Of a stretch of 64,000 bases of DNA, positions 30,869-39,978 are shown piece by piece. The translations under genes and the position numbers were made by a program. The notes beneath the pieces were generated by a model. The model was not told the origin of the DNA and searched no databases. It saw only the letters and a list, made by a program, of their open reading frames with translations. Origin of the DNA: Savagea sp. (GTDB lineage Bacteria; Bacillota; Bacilli; Bacillales_A; Planococcaceae); assembly GCA_030152585.1 (NCBI GenBank), contig JASLJC010000057.1:27637-91636 (forward strand), in the 5' to 3' direction. The number at the start of each line of letters is the position of its first letter. Within the stretch, counting starts at the first letter, position 1.

Positions 30869-30896
30869 ATTGTACATAATGGAAGATGAATATAAA

Positions 30897-30933
30897 TAAA
30901 AATGGTTTGCTCTCAACGAGCAAACCATTTTTT
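30897..30933. terminator. bidirectional terminator
   Basis: AAAAATGGTTTGCTC / GAGCAAACCATTTTT. Confidence 0.8.
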
Positions 30934-30938
30934 GTCGT

Positions 30939-32363
30939 TTACAAGTTGCCAATTGAAACATATTGTGTATCTAAATATCCTTCAATTCCTTCTTGTCCAC
31001 CTTCACGACCGAGACCACTTTCTTTCACACCACCAAAAGGTGCTTGTGCCGCAGAAGGTCCTCCGTCGTTCCAACCGACAATTCCAAAATCGAGATGATC
31101 GATTAAATACGTACCATCTTTCATATTATCGGTATAAATGTAAGCAGCTAAACCAAATGGTGTATCGTTTGCAAGACGAACCGCTTCTTCGATCGTTTCG
31201 AATGATTGAAGTGGTGCGACAGGACCGAACGTTTCTTCCTCCATAATGACCATGTCTTCCGTTACATCCGTTAAAATCGTCGGCGCATAAAACGTTCCTT
31301 TTGAGTCTAAACGACTACCACCGGTCAATATTTTCGCTCCCTTGTCCGTTGCATCGTTCACTTGTTTTTCAACTTTTTCTAATCCACTTTCGTTAATAAG
31401 TGGACCGATTTCACACGTTTCATCCATCCCATTTCCTACTTTAAGGCTACGTGTCTTTTCAGCTAGTTTCGATGCGAATTTTGTATAAATATTAGATTGT
31501 ACGTATATTCGATTTGCACAGACACACGTTTGACCTGCGTTTCGGAATTTAGACGCAATGACACTGTCGACCGCTTGATCGAGATCGGCATCATTGCAAA
31601 TAATAAACGGAGCATGTCCTCCTAATTCCATCGACACTTTTTTCACATTATCCGCACTTTGACGAATTAACGTTTTTCCGACTGCGGTTGAACCAGTAAA
31701 TGTCACTTTTCGCACTCGTGCATCTTGCATGATCGTTTCACTAATTTCTTTTGATGAGCCGGTGACGAGATTGACGACTCCTTTAGGAAAACCGGCTTGT
31801 TCGATCAATTCTGTCAAACGAACAGCGGTAAATGGACTCGCACTCGCCGGCTTCATGACAACCGTACAACCTGCAGCAAGTGCTGGCGCAATTTTACGTG
31901 TAAGCATCGCAAGCGGGAAGTTCCACGGTGTAATCGCTGCGACGACACCGACTGGTTTTTTACGGGCGATGAGTCGTTTCGACGTCGATTGCGACGGAAT
32001 CGTCATACCGTATAAACGTTTCGCTTCTTCTGCATACCATTGTACGTAATCAGCACCGTATTCAACTTCTCCACGAGACTCTTTCAACGGTTTTCCCATC
32101 TCTTTTGTCATCGTACGGGCTAAATTTTCTTTATCTTCAATAAGCAGTTGGTATAAATTTTGTAAATAATGCGCACGTTCATACGCTGTCGTCTCACGCC
32201 ACGTTTGAAAAGCTTCGTGCGCTGCATCGATCGCAGCAGTCGTTTCTTTCGCTCCACCGTATGGCATCGTTCCGACGAGTTCTCCTGTAGCAGGGTTTTG
32301 AATATCAAACGCTTTTTTACTCTCGCGTACCCATTGTCCGTTAATATACATTGCTTCTTTCAT
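30939..32363 (-). CDS. gabD: NAD(P)-dependent succinate-semialdehyde dehydrogenase-like aldehyde dehydrogenase
   Basis: ITPWNFP, FTGSTAVG, MELGGHAP, FRNAGQTCVCAN, EETFGP, PFGGVKESGLGREG; ATG 32363 fits GAAAGGAG RBS. Confidence 0.88.
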   Translation of the reverse strand: MKEAMYINGQWVRESKKAFDIQNPATGELVGTMPYGGAKETTAAIDAAHEAFQTWRETTAYERAHYLQNLYQLLIEDKENLARTMTKEMGKPLKESRGEVEYGADYVQWYAEEAKRLYGMTIPSQSTSKRLIARKKPVGVVAAITPWNFPLAMLTRKIAPALAAGCTVVMKPASASPFTAVRLTELIEQAGFPKGVVNLVTGSSKEISETIMQDARVRKVTFTGSTAVGKTLIRQSADNVKKVSMELGGHAPFIICNDADLDQAVDSVIASKFRNAGQTCVCANRIYVQSNIYTKFASKLAEKTRSLKVGNGMDETCEIGPLINESGLEKVEKQVNDATDKGAKILTGGSRLDSKGTFYAPTILTDVTEDMVIMEEETFGPVAPLQSFETIEEAVRLANDTPFGLAAYIYTDNMKDGTYLIDHLDFGIVGWNDGGPSAAQAPFGGVKESGLGREGGQEGIEGYLDTQYVSIGNL

Positions 32364-32376
32364 TTCCATTCTCCTT

Positions 32377-34041
32377 TCAAATACTACTAACAGCCGCATG
32401 TGTTGCTTCATAAATGCGGCGATTCAACTGTACCGTATGAGACGTCGTTTCGGCTTCAGACCAGCGTAATGCTTCTTTCATATAAGCCGTAACGTCGTCT
32501 TTCCACTTGAATACCCATCCGATATCAAAAAATAACGTCCCCGTACGACGCATGAAAAAGTCAAGAGGTGTTAACGCTAATTCATATTCCATCGCATATA
32601 AAACGAGCAACTGAATAATCGGTGGTAAAGCATGACCTTTTTGTATACGTGGAACGAGCGAAAGAACGTCATCGATATTCGTTCCATACATCGCAAGTAA
32701 GCCTTTTGCTTCTCTTTCTGTAAACGGTGTTCTCGCCGCAACTATCGGTGCCATGTCGTCGATATATCGTTTATAATCAGACGGATGTTGAAAATTACCG
32801 CCCGATAATCGAATAAACTTCGTCTCACACGGTAAACATTCAATATCATATTGTTTTTGAAGACGTTTGCACACTTCATCGGTTACGTCTTCTGCCATTT
32901 TACGATATCCGGTCAATTTTCCGCCTGCAATCGTTAATAAACCTGTACGAGACGTCCAAATTTCATCTTTTCGCGAAACTTCAGAAGGATCTTTTCCTTC
33001 TTCTTGAATGAGTGGTCGTACACCGGCCCAACTCGATTCAATATCTTCCATTTTCACGGATACATGTGGAAACATATCATGGATTGCATCGAGTAAATAT
33101 TGTTTATCCCCAATTGTAATATGTGGATTTTGTAATGGACCATTATATTCCGTATCCGTCGTGCCGACGTACGTTTTCCCACTGCGCGGAATCGCAAAAA
33201 TCATACGACCGTCTGGCACGTCAAAATAAATCGATTGACGGAGAGGAAACTTCGCTTGGTCAAAAACGATATGAATCCCTTTCGTATGAAAGAGTGATTT
33301 CCCTTTAATCGGCTCATCCTGTTCGACGAGTTGTTCAATCCACGGACCTGTCGCATTGACAATTTGACGACCATAGACATGATATTCTTCACCTGTCAAT
33401 TGATCCATTAACTCGACGCCTGAGACGTTTCCTTTTCGGTTGTATGAGAACGATTCAACTTTGACGTAATTCAACAACGTCGCACCGAGATCGACTGCTT
33501 TTTTGAGTACTTCAATCGTTAGACGGGCATCATCCGTACGATATTCTACGTAATAGCCACCGCCTGTTAATCCTTTTTCATTTAATAACGGTTCTTTTTG
33601 CAACGTCTCTTTTTTCGTCAACATTTCACGACGTTCTTCTTTTTTAACGCCGGCTAAATAATCGTATAGACGTAATCCGACCGAAGTCGACCGTTTTCCA
33701 AGTTGCCCTTTTTGATAAATCGGCAACAACATCGGTTCAGGATGTGTCACATGTGGACCATTTTCGTATACGATTTCGCGTTCGCGCCCGACGTCGGCGA
33801 CCATTTTCACTTCAAAGTTTTTCAAATAACGCAAACCACCGTGAACGAGTTTCGTCGAACGACTCGACGTACCGGCTGCGAAATCTTGCATCTCGACGAG
33901 TACGGTCGACAATCCTCGTGCTGCTGCATCTAACGCAATACCTGCTCCTGTAATCCCACCGCCGATAATGACGACATCATACGTATTTCCATTAATTCGA
34001 TTCAATGCATTTTTTCTTTCGATCGCTGACAGTTGTTTCAC
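32377..34041 (-). CDS. glpD: FAD-dependent glycerol-3-phosphate dehydrogenase
   Basis: IIGGGITGAG, GTSSRSTKLVHGGLRYL, TDDARL, NATGPW, WAGVRPL, IAGGKLTGYR. Confidence 0.93.
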   Translation of the reverse strand: MKQLSAIERKNALNRINGNTYDVVIIGGGITGAGIALDAAARGLSTVLVEMQDFAAGTSSRSTKLVHGGLRYLKNFEVKMVADVGREREIVYENGPHVTHPEPMLLPIYQKGQLGKRSTSVGLRLYDYLAGVKKEERREMLTKKETLQKEPLLNEKGLTGGGYYVEYRTDDARLTIEVLKKAVDLGATLLNYVKVESFSYNRKGNVSGVELMDQLTGEEYHVYGRQIVNATGPWIEQLVEQDEPIKGKSLFHTKGIHIVFDQAKFPLRQSIYFDVPDGRMIFAIPRSGKTYVGTTDTEYNGPLQNPHITIGDKQYLLDAIHDMFPHVSVKMEDIESSWAGVRPLIQEEGKDPSEVSRKDEIWTSRTGLLTIAGGKLTGYRKMAEDVTDEVCKRLQKQYDIECLPCETKFIRLSGGNFQHPSDYKRYIDDMAPIVAARTPFTEREAKGLLAMYGTNIDDVLSLVPRIQKGHALPPIIQLLVLYAMEYELALTPLDFFMRRTGTLFFDIGWVFKWKDDVTAYMKEALRWSEAETTSHTVQLNRRIYEATHAAVSSI

Positions 34042-34268
34042 ATGTCTCTCTCCTTACCATTTTTAGTCGTACGTCCTTCCTATTTACTATATCATCTTTA
34101 CCCAACTTGCTAAAAATGAAAACGTCAGCTGAAAACAACAGACCGAATGTAAATCCGTCATTCCTTTTAAAAAATATATACGTCGTAACATCTATTGCAC
34201 TACTAGCACATTTCAAAATGGCATAAAAAAACTAGTGAACGTTTACGTTTGTAAACATTCACTAGTTA

Positions 34269-35282
34269 TTATAAAGCCGTCCGCATATCGTATCGTTCGT
34301 CAGTGAGCCATCGCTCGAGTGACTGACGTTCTTCTACTGTCATGTCCGCATCGATAAAAATCCGCTCATCGAGTAAACGAAAATGACGTTTCACTGCATC
34401 CCAATGCCATGTGAAAAAATAATGTGCATCGTTTTGTTCATGATGCATATATCCTTGTAACGTTTCATCGTCGAGCTGTTTCATTCTTTGCATATACGTA
34501 TCGCCTTCAATATCGACTTCATGCATACGTCCTTGTTGATAAACAGCTAACAATTCGATTTCTTGATTGGCATTGTATAAAAGTACGGTCGCATCGCGTA
34601 ATTGTACGATTGAAAAAGGATTTTGTTCATCTTCCGCTCGAAAAATACGTTCACTTACAGAGTAAAGTGGTTGTAATATACCGTAATTTTCTTTTTCACT
34701 CATTAAATACAATTCAATTTGACCTTGATACGTTTCATCACTTTTTTCGTTTGCACGAACGACGTACAATTGTTCTTCTCTTTCATGGTCTTTTACATGG
34801 AAACGAGCAATTTCCCTATTTTCGATTACTGCACGTTCTAACTGTACTTCTCGATTATCAAATTCACGCGGTGCGCCGAGAAGAGCAGAAACGATATTGT
34901 TATCTTGCGGTAAATCAATCGCTGCATAATCGTAAATACCTAACTTCTTTTTCTTAGAAATAACGAAAAGAGGTGTACCGTCTTCATGCATAATAATAAC
35001 AGGCATACGCCCTTCTTGCACGACGGTTTCGGCCGCTGTTTTCATCTCTTTTTTCATCTGTTCAAAGTTCGTTGAACGAACGTATCGGAAAAAACGATTC
35101 GCTTCTTTCTCATCTACCGGCGTAACGTGGACAGATTCGTAAAAAAGTGGCTCATCGTTTTCCTCTATACTATGTATCGTTAACCCGACCGTCTGTTCAT
35201 AAGATGCTAAATATTTTGCATATAAATGAACCCCGATGAAAAAAGCGAGTGTAAATACACTGCCCCAAAACAACTTCCTCAT
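34269..35282 (-). CDS. hypothetical membrane-anchored protein
   Basis: 337-aa ORF, GAGGTG RBS, N-terminal TM; terminator at 34226-34266. Confidence 0.75.
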   Translation of the reverse strand: MRKLFWGSVFTLAFFIGVHLYAKYLASYEQTVGLTIHSIEENDEPLFYESVHVTPVDEKEANRFFRYVRSTNFEQMKKEMKTAAETVVQEGRMPVIIMHEDGTPLFVISKKKKLGIYDYAAIDLPQDNNIVSALLGAPREFDNREVQLERAVIENREIARFHVKDHEREEQLYVVRANEKSDETYQGQIELYLMSEKENYGILQPLYSVSERIFRAEDEQNPFSIVQLRDATVLLYNANQEIELLAVYQQGRMHEVDIEGDTYMQRMKQLDDETLQGYMHHEQNDAHYFFTWHWDAVKRHFRLLDERIFIDADMTVEERQSLERWLTDERYDMRTAL

Positions 35283-35534
35283 ATTATCACCTCACTTTTA
35301 ATCTTTTATCTTCCCTGTCTACTTTTTGACACGTAAAGAGCTATTTTTCATTATATTATAAGGCCTATCGAAATTCAAAGTGGATTTTTAGGACTTTTTC
35401 CATCATTTTCTACATATTTTTTTCACAACGTTGTCACTTCAACCTTCCTCCCTTTCAAAAAGACATATGAAATTAAATTTTCCTTCACAAACGAAAAAGA
35501 GAGGGCACGAGCGCCACTCTCTTTTTTCTTATTT

Positions 35535-38500
35535 TTATTGTTGTAACATACGGTAAATCATAACCGTTGATTCTGCACGTGTCGCACGTTCAGTCGGTAA
35601 GAAATAACCGCCTGTACCGTTAACGATATGAAGTGCTGCTGCTTTATATACCGCATCTTGTGCAAATTGACCGATAGAAGCATCATCACGGAACGGTTTC
35701 GGTTTCGCCACGAGTGCAAATGTTTGATCTTTTTCGTATTCTAACGCACGAATGATAAACGTCGCAACTTCTTGACGTGTAATCGGATCATTCATCGCAA
35801 ATGTCCCATTGTCGAATCCTTTGACGATTCCTTCACGCGCTAACGCTTCGATTCCGCCATATGCCCACGTATGCGAAGCATGAACATCTTTAAACGTATT
35901 GGCAAATGGACGATGTTCTAATTGTAAACTACGTGCTAACATTACCGCAAATTCACCACGTGTAATCGATTGATGCGGATGAAATAAACCGTTAGCATCT
36001 CCGAAGACAACTTCTTTTTCATACAATGCTTGAATTTCTTTTTCAGCGAAACTTTGCGCAACATCGCGTAACGGGCGTTTCGTCTCTTCTTTCGGACGAT
36101 CGATTTGTTGTAACGTACCCGTTGCTGCTTGTTCAACGACAAATCCTGTCGCATCTTTTAACATTACGGCAATCGTTTCGCCTTTTTTCAACGGACGGTC
36201 GAGTTCAAATGAAAACGTTCCGTCTCGTTTTAAGTCAACACGTTGTAACTCCGTTTCTTTTCCACGGTGTTGTAACGTATACGTCACACGAATTTTCTTA
36301 TTCATATCGACGCCACGACTAAACAATTGTTCTTCTTCTACGACAAGGTCGAAATATTGATCTTCGACAACCCCTGTCACGACACGACTTTCTTCGTCAT
36401 ATGTTAACGTTTTAAATTTCGGAGGTGTTGACTTTACATAGATTGGGAAAGCGAATTCTGAAATATTTGCAGGACGGTTCGATAACGGTTCTGCTCCCAT
36501 CGCTAACATGTAAACACCGTCTTTTAACGGACGACGTTCTGATTTTTGATCCCACGGAATGTACGTCCCGTCCCATGCTAAATCAAACGTTCCTTCGCCA
36601 TTTCCGTACGAATGATGCACGTAACCTAAACTTTTTAAACTTTCACTCCATACGTCCGATTGGCGTAAATCGATGACTTCGATATAGTTCAACCCGACCG
36701 GTGCAGTTAAATTGTAATAAACGAACTCGTTGACTGGACGAGTATTATCATTTACCGCTAAGTCGTTCGATGAAGCACCGAAATAACCGATTTTTGTCGG
36801 TGCAATACCGTTAAAGTCGACAGCAAATGGCACAGATGCGACTTCTTTCGTTCCGTCAAAAATGCGAACGTATCCGAGATATTCTGATTCATCTTCGACG
36901 ACTGCATTCTCTGGTAAACGAACCGTCATCGTTACGTATGCCCCGTTTTTCTGATCCACTTTGACGTGATCGATATTGAGGTAACTTCGTGCCTCTACAT
37001 CATTTCGAATCGGATCAATTTCAAGTCGATACGTTTTAGCGTCTGCATGCGGACGATCAATATACAATTCTCGTTTTACTTCCGTTGCATTCGTATAATT
37101 AAACGTCATCGTCCCTTTTCGGTGCGTCACTTCATCACCAAATGGTGTCAATTGTGCCGATTCTTTCGTATAAACGAACAACTCCGGATCAACTGCACGT
37201 TCAATCGCAACGCGCCCTGCTCCTTGGTCGAATACGTCGTATTGTTTCGTATCGAGCAATGTCGCAGTATTTGACATCGCGATTTTTACATCTTGTGGTG
37301 TCCATTCAGGATGTTTTTGTAAAAGTAATGCGGCGACACCAGCAACGTGTGGTGTTGCCATTGATGTTCCCGTTTTCGCTTCGTATGCTTTTGCATAATC
37401 GTTTCCTTCGAATACAGGAACAGTCGAAATGATATTTGAACCCGGTGCAACGACATCTGGTTTAATGTCGAAATTCGGAATCGATGGACCACGTGAACTC
37501 GATGGTGCCATTTCATCTCCATCCGTTCGTTCTTCTTTCACTTCACCGAGTGTAAACGTTCCTTCTTCTTTTTGAAGTGCATCGTGTAACGTTTGTCCGT
37601 CAGTATATGACATGTCGAATGTTAAAATGGCATCTAGTGTCGACCCTAAGTTCACATCTGCAATGTCTGGTGCATTCGTACCGTTCTCACTATTGTAAAT
37701 AATAATTCCTTTTGCGCCTGCTTCGCGTGCATTTTCCATTTTTTCAAAAAACGGAATGTCTCCACGAACGACGACAGCGACTTTTCCTTTTACCTCTTGT
37801 TGAGCGAAGTCTTCTTTCGTACCGACACCGTTAATCGCAACTAATGGCAACGTGTTCGGTAATTGTTGTTCGATTTTTTGACCGATCGTCGTTAACATTA
37901 ACGGTAACGTCACGTCGAGTGATACGTCACTTGCGGTCATTTTTACTTTTGCTTCGTACGTTGATTCTTGTTTCGTTGAGTTTCCAACCGCAATACCGAG
38001 TGGTGCTGTTGAAGGTGTCCCCATCGTTTCACGTCCTGCGCCAGAGTTTCCAGTCGCAATAACTGCTGTCACTCCTTGCATTGCAGCGTTATTAATTGCA
38101 AATGAGCTTGCGTCAATTTCTGTATTGACACCGCCACCGAGTGATAAGTTAATGACGTCCATTCCTTCTTTTACGGACTCATCGATCGCTGCGATAATAT
38201 TCGATGTATAGCCACTACCGTAAGCACCGAGCACACGATATGCATATAAATCAACACCCGGTGCGATTCCTTTTACATTGTATTTATTTTTCCCTTGTGC
38301 GGCAATCGTTCCCGCGACGTGGGTGCCGTGTGTCGTTTCAAATCCTTCTGGCGATGCTTCTGGTGCTCGTTCGTCCGGTGACGTTTCACTTGCATCATCG
38401 TCTGCCCGCTTCGTACGATACATCGTCTCATCATGCGGAATAAAGTTTTTACCGCCTTTATAAACTGGTTTTAAATCAGGGTGATTCGCATCAATTCCTG

Positions 38501-39167
38501 TATCGAGGACAGCGACTTTCACACCTTTTCCATTAATCCCTTTTTTCCATAACGCTTCTGCTCCGAGAAATGCAGGCGTATCGATCATCGAAATCGACGT
38601 CTCGTACGACATCTCTTCTTCGAATGCTTCTACGACGACGTCTGGTTCAACATATGTAACCCCACGTACTTTCATAATTTCCGATAAACTCGTTGCGTCT
38701 ACTTTCATTGAAAAACCGTTTAAAACCGTTTGGAAAGTGTGCGTCCATTGCACATCGATTCCTCGTTTTTTCAACGATTGTTTCACGCGTTGTTGTTCTT
38801 CTTTTACTCGTTGCATCGTGCGGCGCTCATCTGAAGACGTATACGTTACGTTTTCTAATTGCGCAACACCTCGAGCAACAGATGTCGGATATTCTGACAA
38901 ATGAACGATAACTTGGAACGAACCTTTATCTTGTCGATCCACAATTTTTTGTAACCGTTCATGAAGTGTCGGTTCGGTTTGTTGGCTTAATTTCACTTGC
39001 GCTTGTAATGCTGCACGTTGCTCATCTGTTAATGGCTGCCAACTTGTGCGAACAGCTTCTTCGACCGATGATGCAGCTTGTGCCATTGGCATCGGAACGA
39101 GAAGTGTCAATACGAGCATAATCGATGCTAATATTGAAATGATACGCATTTTTTTCGTTTGATTCAT
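35535..39167 (-). CDS. S8 subtilisin-family serine protease (Vpr-like; I9 prodomain, PA domain, C-terminal SLH)
   Basis: VAVLDTGID, HGTHVAG, GTSMATPHVAG triad; SSRGP; SLH repeats ITRGEF / ITRQEV / ATRAES. Confidence 0.93.
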   Translation of the reverse strand: MNQTKKMRIISILASIMLVLTLLVPMPMAQAASSVEEAVRTSWQPLTDEQRAALQAQVKLSQQTEPTLHERLQKIVDRQDKGSFQVIVHLSEYPTSVARGVAQLENVTYTSSDERRTMQRVKEEQQRVKQSLKKRGIDVQWTHTFQTVLNGFSMKVDATSLSEIMKVRGVTYVEPDVVVEAFEEEMSYETSISMIDTPAFLGAEALWKKGINGKGVKVAVLDTGIDANHPDLKPVYKGGKNFIPHDETMYRTKRADDDASETSPDERAPEASPEGFETTHGTHVAGTIAAQGKNKYNVKGIAPGVDLYAYRVLGAYGSGYTSNIIAAIDESVKEGMDVINLSLGGGVNTEIDASSFAINNAAMQGVTAVIATGNSGAGRETMGTPSTAPLGIAVGNSTKQESTYEAKVKMTASDVSLDVTLPLMLTTIGQKIEQQLPNTLPLVAINGVGTKEDFAQQEVKGKVAVVVRGDIPFFEKMENAREAGAKGIIIYNSENGTNAPDIADVNLGSTLDAILTFDMSYTDGQTLHDALQKEEGTFTLGEVKEERTDGDEMAPSSSRGPSIPNFDIKPDVVAPGSNIISTVPVFEGNDYAKAYEAKTGTSMATPHVAGVAALLLQKHPEWTPQDVKIAMSNTATLLDTKQYDVFDQGAGRVAIERAVDPELFVYTKESAQLTPFGDEVTHRKGTMTFNYTNATEVKRELYIDRPHADAKTYRLEIDPIRNDVEARSYLNIDHVKVDQKNGAYVTMTVRLPENAVVEDESEYLGYVRIFDGTKEVASVPFAVDFNGIAPTKIGYFGASSNDLAVNDNTRPVNEFVYYNLTAPVGLNYIEVIDLRQSDVWSESLKSLGYVHHSYGNGEGTFDLAWDGTYIPWDQKSERRPLKDGVYMLAMGAEPLSNRPANISEFAFPIYVKSTPPKFKTLTYDEESRVVTGVVEDQYFDLVVEEEQLFSRGVDMNKKIRVTYTLQHRGKETELQRVDLKRDGTFSFELDRPLKKGETIAVMLKDATGFVVEQAATGTLQQIDRPKEETKRPLRDVAQSFAEKEIQALYEKEVVFGDANGLFHPHQSITRGEFAVMLARSLQLEHRPFANTFKDVHASHTWAYGGIEALAREGIVKGFDNGTFAMNDPITRQEVATFIIRALEYEKDQTFALVAKPKPFRDDASIGQFAQDAVYKAAALHIVNGTGGYFLPTERATRAESTVMIYRMLQQ

Positions 39168-39370
39168 ACTACCCCTTCTTTCTCTATTCAATTCTATAAG
39201 TTGCCTTCGCTTCTTATACTTCCTTACATTATCATATAAAAGTATCGCAAAAAAGTAGAAATTTGCTCTTTTCTGAAAATTTCACTTTAATATTTCATTT
39301 TTTAAAACGACAAGATGGAACGGTTCATACCAATAGATCACACATTTATAAAAAAATCGTTATTTTCGCA

Positions 39371-39877
39371 TTAATTCGGCGAAAATAACGATGAAGTCCC
39401 ATCAGGGGCAATATATTCAATTTGAATCGTATCGTAAAATGTATTGTACGGTATTTTAGTAATTTTAAAAATAGGTCGACCGTGCGCATCCCACACAGTT
39501 TTCGGTTCATTCATATCGTATGCACGATATGCCGCTTGCATACAGTCGGATTGAAAAGTCTCTCCTTCTTCCGTTTGCCATCGTTGCAGTCGCACTTTTG
39601 TCTGTTCAATCGGTTCATCTAGTGAAAAATACGTTTGAAAAGACATAGCGTCTCCTTTTGCTATACTGTCGCAAATCGGTTGCATCACCGCAGCAGGCGC
39701 AGTCACACGTTCATAATAAAAATGAAGGACGATTGGAAAAAGAATAAGTAAACTCGCCACGACAACACTAATCAACCAAATCCATTGACGGCGACGATAA
39801 TAAAGTGGCGCTCCACAATACAAACAAAACTCTGTTTTTTTCGGTACGAGCGCTTCACATACGTGACACTTTTTCAT
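39371..39877 (-). CDS. zinc-ribbon domain membrane protein
   Basis: CHVC...FCLYCG followed by one TM helix. Confidence 0.75.
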   Translation of the reverse strand: MKKCHVCEALVPKKTEFCLYCGAPLYYRRRQWIWLISVVVASLLILFPIVLHFYYERVTAPAAVMQPICDSIAKGDAMSFQTYFSLDEPIEQTKVRLQRWQTEEGETFQSDCMQAAYRAYDMNEPKTVWDAHGRPIFKITKIPYNTFYDTIQIEYIAPDGTSSLFSPN

Positions 39878-39978
39878 ACGTTCCTCCTTTTTTCCTTTCT
39901 TTCATTATACTACTTTTTCACTAAAAAGGCGGACATTCAACAAAAAAGCCACGAATGAATCGTCGTGGCTTTCCTATT

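Noticed and set aside
30767..30961. 64-aa minus ORF overlapping RNA-A
   Set aside because: Overlaps the gabD end, crosses its terminator, no RBS or protein-like signal.
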